Source of the DNA: Candidatus Pacearchaeota archaeon
GTDB taxonomy: Archaea; Nanobdellota; Nanobdellia; Pacearchaeales; GW2011-AR1
DNA: 64,000 nt
Direction of reading: 5' to 3'
Assembly (NCBI GenBank): GCA_038885615.1
Contig: JAVZZP010000001.1
Location: 8,876-72,875, forward strand
Of the stretch, positions 26,888-34,553 are shown one piece after another (position 1 is the stretch's first letter; each line of letters opens with the position of its first letter). The notes under the pieces are model-generated. The model saw only the letters and a list, made by a program, of their open reading frames with translations, did no database searches and was not told the origin of the DNA. A program made the position numbers and the translations under genes.

Positions 26888-28308
26888 ATAAAATAATCAT
26901 AATAGATCTGGTTTTATTTCTTTTATTTTGCGTATTTGTATCTTTATTTCTCTATAAAAAAAGAAAAAATCTCAAGAGAGAAGGATTGATTTTTTTGTAT
27001 AAAACAAAAATCGGAATAGAATTTATGAATAGATTCTCTAACAAGCACAAAAAACTTCTTCAAAAAATGAGTTTTTTTATTATTGGTATATCAATATTAC
27101 TAATGATAGCAGTTATCCTGCTTGTATTAACGCAAGCCTATCTCTATGTAACAAATCCTAAAGAAGTAATAGAGAAAACAGAAGGTGCTCCACCTATAGC
27201 ACCGGTAATACCTTATTTCCCCCAGTTATTTGGTATGAAAAGTTTTTTTCCGAACTTTTATTTTGTTTATTTTATAATAGCTTTTTCTATTGTTGCATTA
27301 TTTCATGAGATGGCTCACGGTCTTTATATGGTTTTATATAAAGTAAAGATAAAATCAACTGGCTTTCTTTTTTTAGGGCCTATCTTAGGAGCTTTTGTAG
27401 AACAAGACGATAAGGAATTTAGAAAAAAGAAAAATAATGAACAAATGGCAACTCTTGGGGCAGGTGTCTTCGCAAATACCCTTCTAGCAATATTTTTCGC
27501 AGTTATTCTTATGATTTTCTTTTTTTCCTTTTATAAACCAAGCGGTTATTTAATAATTCCTTCGGCAGTTGATATAAGCCCAAATAACATAACTGAAATA
27601 AGAGAACTAGAGAATAATTTAACACTGATAAAAAGTGAAGACGGAAGAAAATATTTAGCAAATACAGATTTCCTAAATGCTATAAAGGAAAATCTTTCCG
27701 ACCACGAAAAAATAATAGTTCTTTTATATTCTCCTGTTGTAATTAACAATCTTTCTGGATATATAACGGAAATAGATGGAAAAAAAATAAGAGGTTCTTC
27801 TGATATTAAAGAAGCATTAAAAGAAAAAAAACCTGGAGAAGAAGTAATTATCAAAACAGAAATAAACAATCAGGAGAAAACTAACAAGGTTAAACTTGAA
27901 GAACATCCTCTAAATTCATCGATGGGATTTATTGGATTAAGAATAGTAACTGAAGAAGAAATAAGAATATTAGTAGCAAATGAAAAAAATCCTATAAAAA
28001 GAATCATTATGAAAATAGGTTCAATAAAAAATCCTTTTGTTCTATATAAATCATCAATAAATAACGATCTAGCAGAGTATATTTATTATTTAATGTGGTG
28101 GTGCATGATGATAAATTTTTTTGTTGCACTATTTAATATGCTTCCTTTTGGAATTTTTGACGGCGGAAGATTTAGCTATTTGTTAATTTTGTCTATTGTA
28201 AAATCAAAAGAAAAAACAGAAAAAATTCATAAAATTCTTTCATCGACAATGATTTTGTCTTTCCTTCTAATTATTCTTTCTTGGTTATTTGGAAGATTGG
28301 TTTTTTAA
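26884..28308 (+). CDS. Site-2 protease family (M50) membrane metalloprotease with a PDZ-like insert
   Basis: HEMAHG (HExxH) and the FNMLPFGIFDGGR motif; multiple TM segments. Confidence 0.8.
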   Translation: MNKIIIIDLVLFLLFCVFVSLFLYKKRKNLKREGLIFLYKTKIGIEFMNRFSNKHKKLLQKMSFFIIGISILLMIAVILLVLTQAYLYVTNPKEVIEKTEGAPPIAPVIPYFPQLFGMKSFFPNFYFVYFIIAFSIVALFHEMAHGLYMVLYKVKIKSTGFLFLGPILGAFVEQDDKEFRKKKNNEQMATLGAGVFANTLLAIFFAVILMIFFFSFYKPSGYLIIPSAVDISPNNITEIRELENNLTLIKSEDGRKYLANTDFLNAIKENLSDHEKIIVLLYSPVVINNLSGYITEIDGKKIRGSSDIKEALKEKKPGEEVIIKTEINNQEKTNKVKLEEHPLNSSMGFIGLRIVTEEEIRILVANEKNPIKRIIMKIGSIKNPFVLYKSSINNDLAEYIYYLMWWCMMINFFVALFNMLPFGIFDGGRFSYLLILSIVKSKEKTEKIHKILSSTMILSFLLIILSWLFGRLVF

Positions 28309-28470
28309 AGAAAATTATATAAATAAGTGTTTATTTTATATTATAATTAAAGAGGGAAAAAAAATGGCAGCAAAAAAGAAGAAAAAAAGAAGTAAGTAAA
28401 TTCAAATTTTATTTTTTTCTTTTTTTTTATTTTTAAAAAAGTTTTTATATCATATTTTTTTTATTTTTTG

Positions 28471-29490
28471 ATGAATAATAGAATAAGAAAAGAATTAAGA
28501 AAAAAAAGTTATGGTCTCTTCGGAGAAACTTCTGCAGTTCAGGTTTGTCATTGGACAAAAGAAGCAATACGAGGAAAAGAGGGCTGTTGGAAACAAAAAT
28601 TCTATGGAATAGACTCTGCTAGATGCTGTCAATTCTCTCCGTGCGTAATGTGGTGCGATCATAAATGTTTGCATTGTTGGAGACCAATCGAGATGAATTT
28701 AGGAAACAAAGTCCCTCTAACAAATGAAAGTCCAAAAGAGATTCTTGATGGAATTATAAAAGAAAGAAAAAAGCTCTTAACTGGTTTTGGCGGAAGAAAA
28801 GGAATAAACAGAAAAAAGCTTGAAGAATCTTTTGAACCAACATTATTTACAATGTCTCTTTCCGGAGAAGCGACGCTTTATCCAAGAATAACGGAGTTAA
28901 TTAAAGAAATAAGAAGAAGAGGAGCAATTTCTTTTTTAGTAACAAATGGACAGCATCCGGAAGTTTTAAAGAAACTAGAAAAGGAAAATGCTCTGCCAAC
29001 ACAATTAACAATTTCTTTAAACGCTCCAAATGAAGATTTATTTAGAAAGTGGCATAACTCACTTAATAAAGATGCGTGGAAAAGATTTAACAAAAGCTTA
29101 GAAGTAATAAAAAAACTAAAAGGAAAATGTCGTCGTTGTATTAGATTAACCCTTGTAAAAAAAGGCACAAATAACCAAATCCCACTAAACGACTTGACAA
29201 ACATGGTTGATGAAAATGTTAAAGAATACTCTTTTTTAATCAAAAAAGCTTGCCCAGATTTTATTCATATAAAAGGATTTACTTCTATTGGAGCAGCAAG
29301 AGATAGAATAGGATATGATAAACAACCAACTCATAAAGAAATTAAAAATTATGCTAAAAAAATTTTGATTGAATTAAACAAAAATCTAGAAAAAAATGAA
29401 AAAAAATGGAAAATTCTTGCCGAAGATGAAAAGAGTTGTGTTTTTGTTTTGGGTAAAAATAAAAAAGAGATGAAAATTAAAAAACCTTAG
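28471..29490 (+). CDS. taw1: tRNA 4-demethylwyosine synthase Taw1 (TYW1, radical SAM)
   Basis: CHWTKEA..GKEGCWKQKFYGIDSARCCQFSPCVMWCDHKCLHCWRP is the Taw1 double-cluster signature. Confidence 0.85.
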   Translation: MNNRIRKELRKKSYGLFGETSAVQVCHWTKEAIRGKEGCWKQKFYGIDSARCCQFSPCVMWCDHKCLHCWRPIEMNLGNKVPLTNESPKEILDGIIKERKKLLTGFGGRKGINRKKLEESFEPTLFTMSLSGEATLYPRITELIKEIRRRGAISFLVTNGQHPEVLKKLEKENALPTQLTISLNAPNEDLFRKWHNSLNKDAWKRFNKSLEVIKKLKGKCRRCIRLTLVKKGTNNQIPLNDLTNMVDENVKEYSFLIKKACPDFIHIKGFTSIGAARDRIGYDKQPTHKEIKNYAKKILIELNKNLEKNEKKWKILAEDEKSCVFVLGKNKKEMKIKKP

Positions 29491-29524
29491 TTAATCAATC
29501 AACTGCTAGTTGGGGAACAAAGGC

Positions 29525-29872
29525 CTATCTATTCGTAGGAATTTGTGCAGCTTGTCTCACATTTCTCAAAAAAAATTTCCCGTGCCTCTTTTCGAAGTAA
29601 TCTATTGCAGGTATTCCTCTCTTTTCAGGGTCTGTGTAAAAGTATAAAGAAGCTGGCTTCCCAAAAAAGTCTATTTCAATTTCAACATAATAACTTCCTA
29701 ATCCGGGAACACTAACTTTAACTACTCTTCCTCCTGTTGTAACATAAAAATCCCCACAAAGGTCTATCAAAGTTCTAGCAAATTCTTCTCTAAATTTTTT
29801 TTCGTTAAACCTTGTCTTGGTAGGAACATATGCAAGACCTACTTAAATGTTATATATAGGTCTTTCTGACAT
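29525..29872 (-). pseudogene. Hypothetical ORF interrupted by an in-frame TAA (or a shorter TTG-initiated product)
   Basis: ATG at 29872 gives MSERPIYNI, then TAA (29843-29845), then in the same frame VGLAYVPTKTRFNEKKFREEFARTLIDLCGDFYVTTGGRV...QIPTNR. The ATG lies 7 nt after the upstream stop. Confidence 0.4.
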
Positions 29873-29878
29873 CTTTCT

Positions 29879-30241
29879 CTACAAAAAAACAACACCTTCT
29901 TTAGTTAAAGCAGTAAATCTTACTCCGACGGGAATTGAAAGTAAGGAAGAGATCAAAGCCATATGCTCTTTTCCATCGCCAGAAGCAATAGACAAAGCAA
30001 CCTCTGAACTAAAATCTTTGTCTAATCTTGGTTTTAGTTTTTCTAAAAACTCTTTTTTAAGTAGAATAATCGGTTTTCCTAAGTCAACTTCAACAAACTC
30101 GCAATTAGGTGTGTCTATATGAAAATTCATAGCAAATCTGTCTCCGACCAGGATAACTTTCTCCCAGTTTCCCCTTTTTATTAGACCTGCCACTTGACCC
30201 CATGTCCCTTCTCCTTTTGAAAGCAAAGCTACTAAAATCAT
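29879..30241 (-). CDS. Small Rossmann-like hypothetical protein (weak CARF-like pattern)
   Basis: MILVALLSKGEGTWGQV (beta1-Gly loop) ... ALSIASGDGKEHMALISSLL (reminiscent of TGGTKxM); 120 aa. Confidence 0.4.
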   Translation of the reverse strand: MILVALLSKGEGTWGQVAGLIKRGNWEKVILVGDRFAMNFHIDTPNCEFVEVDLGKPIILLKKEFLEKLKPRLDKDFSSEVALSIASGDGKEHMALISSLLSIPVGVRFTALTKEGVVFL

Positions 30242-30324
30242 ATGTTTAATGAATAAAACCTCTTTAAAAGTATTTATATGATATAACCAACAAATTTAAA
30301 AACCCTCTTTTATAAAAAATTTTA

Positions 30325-30384
30325 CCAGACCACCGCGTCCGAAAGGAACTTCAAATGAAGTGTGGTAGGATAAGTGTTCTCTGG
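30325..30384 (+). promoter_or_regulatory. Candidate L1 autoregulatory leader (rRNA L1-stalk mimic)
   Basis: GC-rich CCAGACCACCGCGTCCGAAAGGAACTTCAAATGAAGTGTGGTAGGATAAGTGTTCTCTGG. Pairings CCAGA/TCTGG and ACCAC/GTGGT. It contains a GTAGGATAAGTG motif. Confidence 0.4.
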
Positions 30385-30395
30385 TATTTATAAAA

Positions 30396-31151
30396 ATGGC
30401 AGAAAAAAAAGCTAAAAGCGAAGTTAAGAAAGGAGAAAAAGCCAAGAAAGGCGAAAATACTCCTAAAATAAAAGAAAAACAAGAACAAACAATCGAAAAA
30501 AAAGATAATGTAATTAATGAACAACAAAAAAAAGAAGCTTATTCTATAGAAGAAGCAATAAAAAAATTAAGGCAAGAAGAAAAAAGGAATTTCATACAAA
30601 GCGTTGATCTTATAATAAATCTACAAAAAATAGACGTCAGAAAACAAACGATAAATTCTTTTATTCAAGTTCCGAATGGAACAGAAAAAAAAATAGCTGC
30701 TTTCTTGACAAAGAAGGTTGAAGGAGTTGACTGTATTCTAAAAGAGAATTTTGATTCATATAAAACAAACAGAGAATTAAAAAAACTAGCAAAAAGCTAC
30801 GACATGTTTATTGCTTATGCTCCTTTAATGAAAGATGTTGCCGCAAAATTTGGTAGAGCTCTTGGACCAAGCGGGAAAATGCCCTCTCCTCAATTAGGAG
30901 TTATTGTTAAAGAAGACAAAGAGACAATAAAAGAAATGATAGAAAAAATGAAAAAGTCGATAAGAATAAGAGTTAAAGAAAGAAGTATAAAAATTCCAGT
31001 AGGAAAAGAGAATATGTCTGATGAACAAATAAAAGAAAATATAGAAAGTGCAATAAAATCTATAACTGAATTACTTCCTCTTAAGAAAGATAATATTAAA
31101 AATATTTTAATTAAATTAACTATGAGCAGACCTTACGAAATCGAAAAATGA
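30396..31151 (+). CDS. rpl1: Ribosomal protein L1 (uL1) with a Lys-rich N-terminal extension
   Basis: EAIKKLRQEEKRNFIQSVDLIINLQKID...GPSGKMPSP. About 45 extra K/E-rich N-terminal residues. Confidence 0.9.
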   Translation: MAEKKAKSEVKKGEKAKKGENTPKIKEKQEQTIEKKDNVINEQQKKEAYSIEEAIKKLRQEEKRNFIQSVDLIINLQKIDVRKQTINSFIQVPNGTEKKIAAFLTKKVEGVDCILKENFDSYKTNRELKKLAKSYDMFIAYAPLMKDVAAKFGRALGPSGKMPSPQLGVIVKEDKETIKEMIEKMKKSIRIRVKERSIKIPVGKENMSDEQIKENIESAIKSITELLPLKKDNIKNILIKLTMSRPYEIEK

Positions 31152-31936
31152 AAAGAAACAAACCTATACCTGAGAGTAAGAAAAAAGAAGTAAAAGAAAT
31201 AGCAAACCTTGTAAAAAAAAGATCAATCTTAGTATGCTCAACAAAAAATCTAAAAGCTGCACAGCTTCAGCAAATAAGAAAAAAAATAAGAGAGAAGGCT
31301 GTTTTGAAGGTTGCTAAGAAAAAGTTAATAAAAATTGCAATAGAGGAAACAAAAGATGAAAACCTAAAAAAAGTTCTTGAATATATAAATGCTGATTATG
31401 TTCTAATATTTTCTGATGGAGAAGCTTTTGAGATAATATCTTTATTAGCAGATAATAAAACTCCTGCAAAAGCAAGAGCAGGCCAAGAAGCTATCGAGGA
31501 TATTTGGGTAAAAGCAGGGCCAACAAACTTGGCTCCAGGACCAGACATCTCCTTATTAAGCTCTGTCGGTTTGCAACCAAAAGTTGAGGGAGGAAAAATT
31601 GCTATAGCTAAAGATACTTTATTTGTCAAAAAAGGAGAGAAAATCTCCCAAGAAAAAGCAACAATCTTAGCAAAGTTAGACATAACTCCTTTCGAAATAG
31701 GCCTTGAACCAATAGTAGCTTTTTCCGACGGAAAAATATATACGAGTGTAAAGTTAGACAAAAAAGAAACATTAAAAAACCTAAACGAAGAATACTCAAG
31801 AGGTTTAGCTTTTGCTGTCTCAATATGCTGGATTTCAAAAGACAGCTTACCTTTTATACTTTCAAAAGCTGCTTTGCATGAAAGTGTATTAAAAAAGCTG
31901 GTTGATGCTCAAACTAAATCAGGAGAAAAACAATAA
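31148..31936 (+). CDS. rpl10: Ribosomal stalk protein P0 (uL10)
   Basis: [14 protein letters not shown]...[26 protein letters not shown]. Lies between rpl1 and the P1 gene, with an ATGA overlap onto rpl1. Confidence 0.85.
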   Translation: MKRNKPIPESKKKEVKEIANLVKKRSILVCSTKNLKAAQLQQIRKKIREKAVLKVAKKKLIKIAIEETKDENLKKVLEYINADYVLIFSDGEAFEIISLLADNKTPAKARAGQEAIEDIWVKAGPTNLAPGPDISLLSSVGLQPKVEGGKIAIAKDTLFVKKGEKISQEKATILAKLDITPFEIGLEPIVAFSDGKIYTSVKLDKKETLKNLNEEYSRGLAFAVSICWISKDSLPFILSKAALHESVLKKLVDAQTKSGEKQ

Positions 31937-31937
31937 G

Positions 31938-32222
31938 ATGGAATACATTTATGCAGCACTTCTGTTGCATAGACTTGGAAAACCGATAAATGAAGAGAAC
32001 TTAAACAAGGTTCTAAACGCCGCAGGAGCAAATGTTGATGAAGGCAAAGTCAAGATTCTTGTGGCTTCCTTAAACGGCGTTAATATCGACGAACAACTTG
32101 CAAACGCAAGTTTAGTAGCCGTTTCTCCAAGCCAAGGAAGTGCTACAGAAGCACCAAAAGAAGAAAAGAAAGAAGAACCAAAAGCAGAAGCAGCAGAAGG
32201 TTTGGCAGCTCTATTTGGTTGA
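31938..32222 (+). CDS. rpl12: Ribosomal stalk protein P1 (L12e)
   Basis: Classic [11 protein letters not shown] start at the ATG at 31938, and the acidic/Ala tail ...[11 protein letters not shown]. Confidence 0.9.
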   Translation: MEYIYAALLLHRLGKPINEENLNKVLNAAGANVDEGKVKILVASLNGVNIDEQLANASLVAVSPSQGSATEAPKEEKKEEPKAEAAEGLAALFG

Positions 32223-32309
32223 TTTTTTATTTTTTATAGAAAGCTGAACCTTTCCTTTTATTTATAGCTATAGCTATTTTAATTTTCAATAAAATAATAA
32301 TCAAAAAAA

Positions 32310-32390
32310 CGCCCGCTCCAGGAATCGAACCTGGGAGCCCCGAAGGGCCGGCCTCTCCAGGGCCGTGCAATACCACTATGCGAAGCGGGC
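32310..32390 (-). tRNA. tRNA-Ser (GGA)
   Basis: Acceptor GCCCGCT/AGCGGGC, anticodon arm CGGCC-CTGGAGA-GGCCG, long variable arm GCCCTTCGGGGC, T arm CCAGG-TTCGATT-CCTGG. Confidence 0.9.
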
Positions 32391-32467
32391 TTAAAGTTTA
32401 TACAAAAGAAGGTTTTAAAAAGTTTCTTTTCAGTAAAGATTAAAAAGATATTTTTTATTAATAATTT

Positions 32468-33859
32468 ATGGCAGATTTCAAAAAAATAATAAAAGAAGTT
32501 TCTGGAAAAGATCCTCTTTCTTCTTTTAAACTCACTTATGATGCTCAAACAAACCAAATTGAACCAGTTTATTATTGGCTTCTTGACTTTGTAAAAGACG
32601 CTGGTTACGACGTAGAAAAAATAGTTGATAACTTTACAACGACACCTGGCTCGGGCCACTTTGATGAATTCGGAAGAAAAAAAGGCACTTTACAAGAAAA
32701 AGTTTCTACATATCTAGGGGCAATAAATCAGGTTATTAAGTCCATCATAAATCTTCTTTACGACTTAAAAGAGTTTGAAATTCGCCTTAAACATTATGAA
32801 AAAGCAAAATCAGAAAAAAAAGAAGAAAGAGAAGCAGGAATGTTGGCTTTAAAACAAATTTGGATGGATAATGTTGACATAAAAAAAGGTAGGGGTAGCA
32901 TAAATCAAATGAGTTTTGAGCTGGGTTTTACAACCTTGAGAGATGCTTTTATGGTTTGTAATTCTATTGAAGATGTAAAGAAAAATGAAGTGCTCAATGA
33001 TCAAGTTAAAAGAATTTTGATTCCGCGTTTATCGGAGTTTTTGGAGTGGAAAGAACTTTCAGAAAAAGAATTAAGAAATAGATATGAAATAGAAAAAAAC
33101 TATCTTAGAAGCCAAGTAGAAACAGTTAAACTTTACTCTTCTTGGATTTCTCCTTACCTAAAAGCACTTGAACAATTAAATCAAACAGGGAATGAAAAAG
33201 ATCCTTCGTTAGTAAATGCTTTCTCTACCTCTATTTTTGAACTTACAATTTTGGGCAAAAAAAAGATTAAACCAGAGAGTATTTCAAATTTTTCTAAGCA
33301 TTTCCCAAGATATATTCCATCAAGAGATTATTTTGCCTGTGTTCTAATTTCTTTTAATTATAGAGGACACTATAGCCAAAGAGTTTCTCAAAGAGGTGAT
33401 ATGGCCTTTGGTTTCGGCGGAAGGGTAGATATAACCTTTGAATCATACGCACTAAATTCCGAAGAATTGGATTTGATAAAGAAAAAATTTGAAAAAGCAA
33501 ACTTGGACGAGGGAATAAGATTTTTTGAAAAAAATACAAACCAATCTTTGGAAACACTGAAAGAAGAATTAGAGCATTTTTTAGGTAACGAAAAAAAAGA
33601 AAAAAAAGAAACTAAATCAGAAGAGGACATAAATCCTTTTTCTGCTTTGTTTTCTATTTTTTCAGGATTATTCAGGTCTTCGGGGAAGAAAGAAAAGAAA
33701 AAAATAGAAAAACCAGAAGATATAAGAAAAGATAACTACATAGAAGAGATAATAAGGCAAAGTGCTGCCGAAAGCGCAAAAGCTTTTCTTTATAGTGTTT
33801 ATGATGTTTATAAGAAAGCTCACGCAATGGCTTCTTCACCAGAAAATTTTGATTATTGA
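32468..33859 (+). CDS. Hypothetical 463-aa mostly helical protein (first gene of an unknown 3-gene operon)
   Basis: ORF track. No family recognised, no TM or signal peptide, and a K/E-rich linker near the C-terminus. Confidence 0.6.
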   Translation: MADFKKIIKEVSGKDPLSSFKLTYDAQTNQIEPVYYWLLDFVKDAGYDVEKIVDNFTTTPGSGHFDEFGRKKGTLQEKVSTYLGAINQVIKSIINLLYDLKEFEIRLKHYEKAKSEKKEEREAGMLALKQIWMDNVDIKKGRGSINQMSFELGFTTLRDAFMVCNSIEDVKKNEVLNDQVKRILIPRLSEFLEWKELSEKELRNRYEIEKNYLRSQVETVKLYSSWISPYLKALEQLNQTGNEKDPSLVNAFSTSIFELTILGKKKIKPESISNFSKHFPRYIPSRDYFACVLISFNYRGHYSQRVSQRGDMAFGFGGRVDITFESYALNSEELDLIKKKFEKANLDEGIRFFEKNTNQSLETLKEELEHFLGNEKKEKKETKSEEDINPFSALFSIFSGLFRSSGKKEKKKIEKPEDIRKDNYIEEIIRQSAAESAKAFLYSVYDVYKKAHAMASSPENFDY

Positions 33860-33904
33860 AAGAATATAGAAAAATAAATAAATCTTATTTTCTTAATTTA
33901 CTAC

Positions 33905-34519
33905 ATGAAAAAAAGAAAAAAAATAACTAAAAAAAAGGGGAAAGATTGGGCAGAGATTAGGAAAAAAGATGAAGAAACTATAGAAAAAAACAAACAAGAA
34001 GAAAAAAAAGATGAACTGCCAGAAGAAGAAAGCCAGAAAGAGCTATCTTTAGAATTTATTCCAATAGAAGAAACAAAAAAACAGCAACCAAAAAAGATTT
34101 CTCTTGAAGATGAACTCTTTTTCCAAGAAGAACAAAATTTCGGACTTAATTCTTTAGCTTCTTCATTTTTAGGAGAAGAAGAGAAAAGAAAAAAGGAAGA
34201 AAATCCTTATTCTTTTCAAAAAGAAAATCCTTATTCTACAAGAAAAGATGAAAGAAAATATTCTGTTTCTGCTCATCCAAGACTACCCAACATTGGAAGA
34301 GAACATATAGAGATAAGACTTGTTGATTTGTCCTCCCCCCTATCAACCCTGACAACTGCTCAGATAAAAGGAAATTTCACACCTATTAGGATGCCTGAAG
34401 AAGAAATGTACAAGCAAGAGCCGTATAAGAGATATGAACTAGAAATAGTTTCTCCCGATGACTTAAGCAGAAAAACAAAAGAACATCGAGAGGTTAAAAT
34501 TAAGTACGATATTGATTAG
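33905..34519 (+). CDS. Hypothetical 204-aa protein with a highly charged N-terminal half
   Basis: ORF track. Duplicated ENPYS motif (EENPYSFQKENPYST). Same strand with short spacers to both neighbours. Confidence 0.5.
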   Translation: MKKRKKITKKKGKDWAEIRKKDEETIEKNKQEEKKDELPEEESQKELSLEFIPIEETKKQQPKKISLEDELFFQEEQNFGLNSLASSFLGEEEKRKKEENPYSFQKENPYSTRKDERKYSVSAHPRLPNIGREHIEIRLVDLSSPLSTLTTAQIKGNFTPIRMPEEEMYKQEPYKRYELEIVSPDDLSRKTKEHREVKIKYDID

Positions 34520-34553
34520 ATATCTTTAAATACAATAAAAACATTTATCTTTT

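Noticed and set aside
28364-28399. An 11-codon ORF, MAAKKKKKRSK, preceded by AGAGGG. It was considered as a ribosomal protein L41e-like micropeptide.
   Set aside because: It is much shorter than the archaeal or eukaryotic eL41 (25-37 aa) that I can recall. It could arise by chance in an A-rich spacer, and no further support is available from sequence alone.
32279-32659. 126-aa minus-strand ORF.
   Set aside because: It overlaps tRNA-Ser(GGA) and the start of the 463-aa plus-strand gene. It is an artefact of the GC-rich tRNA sequence.
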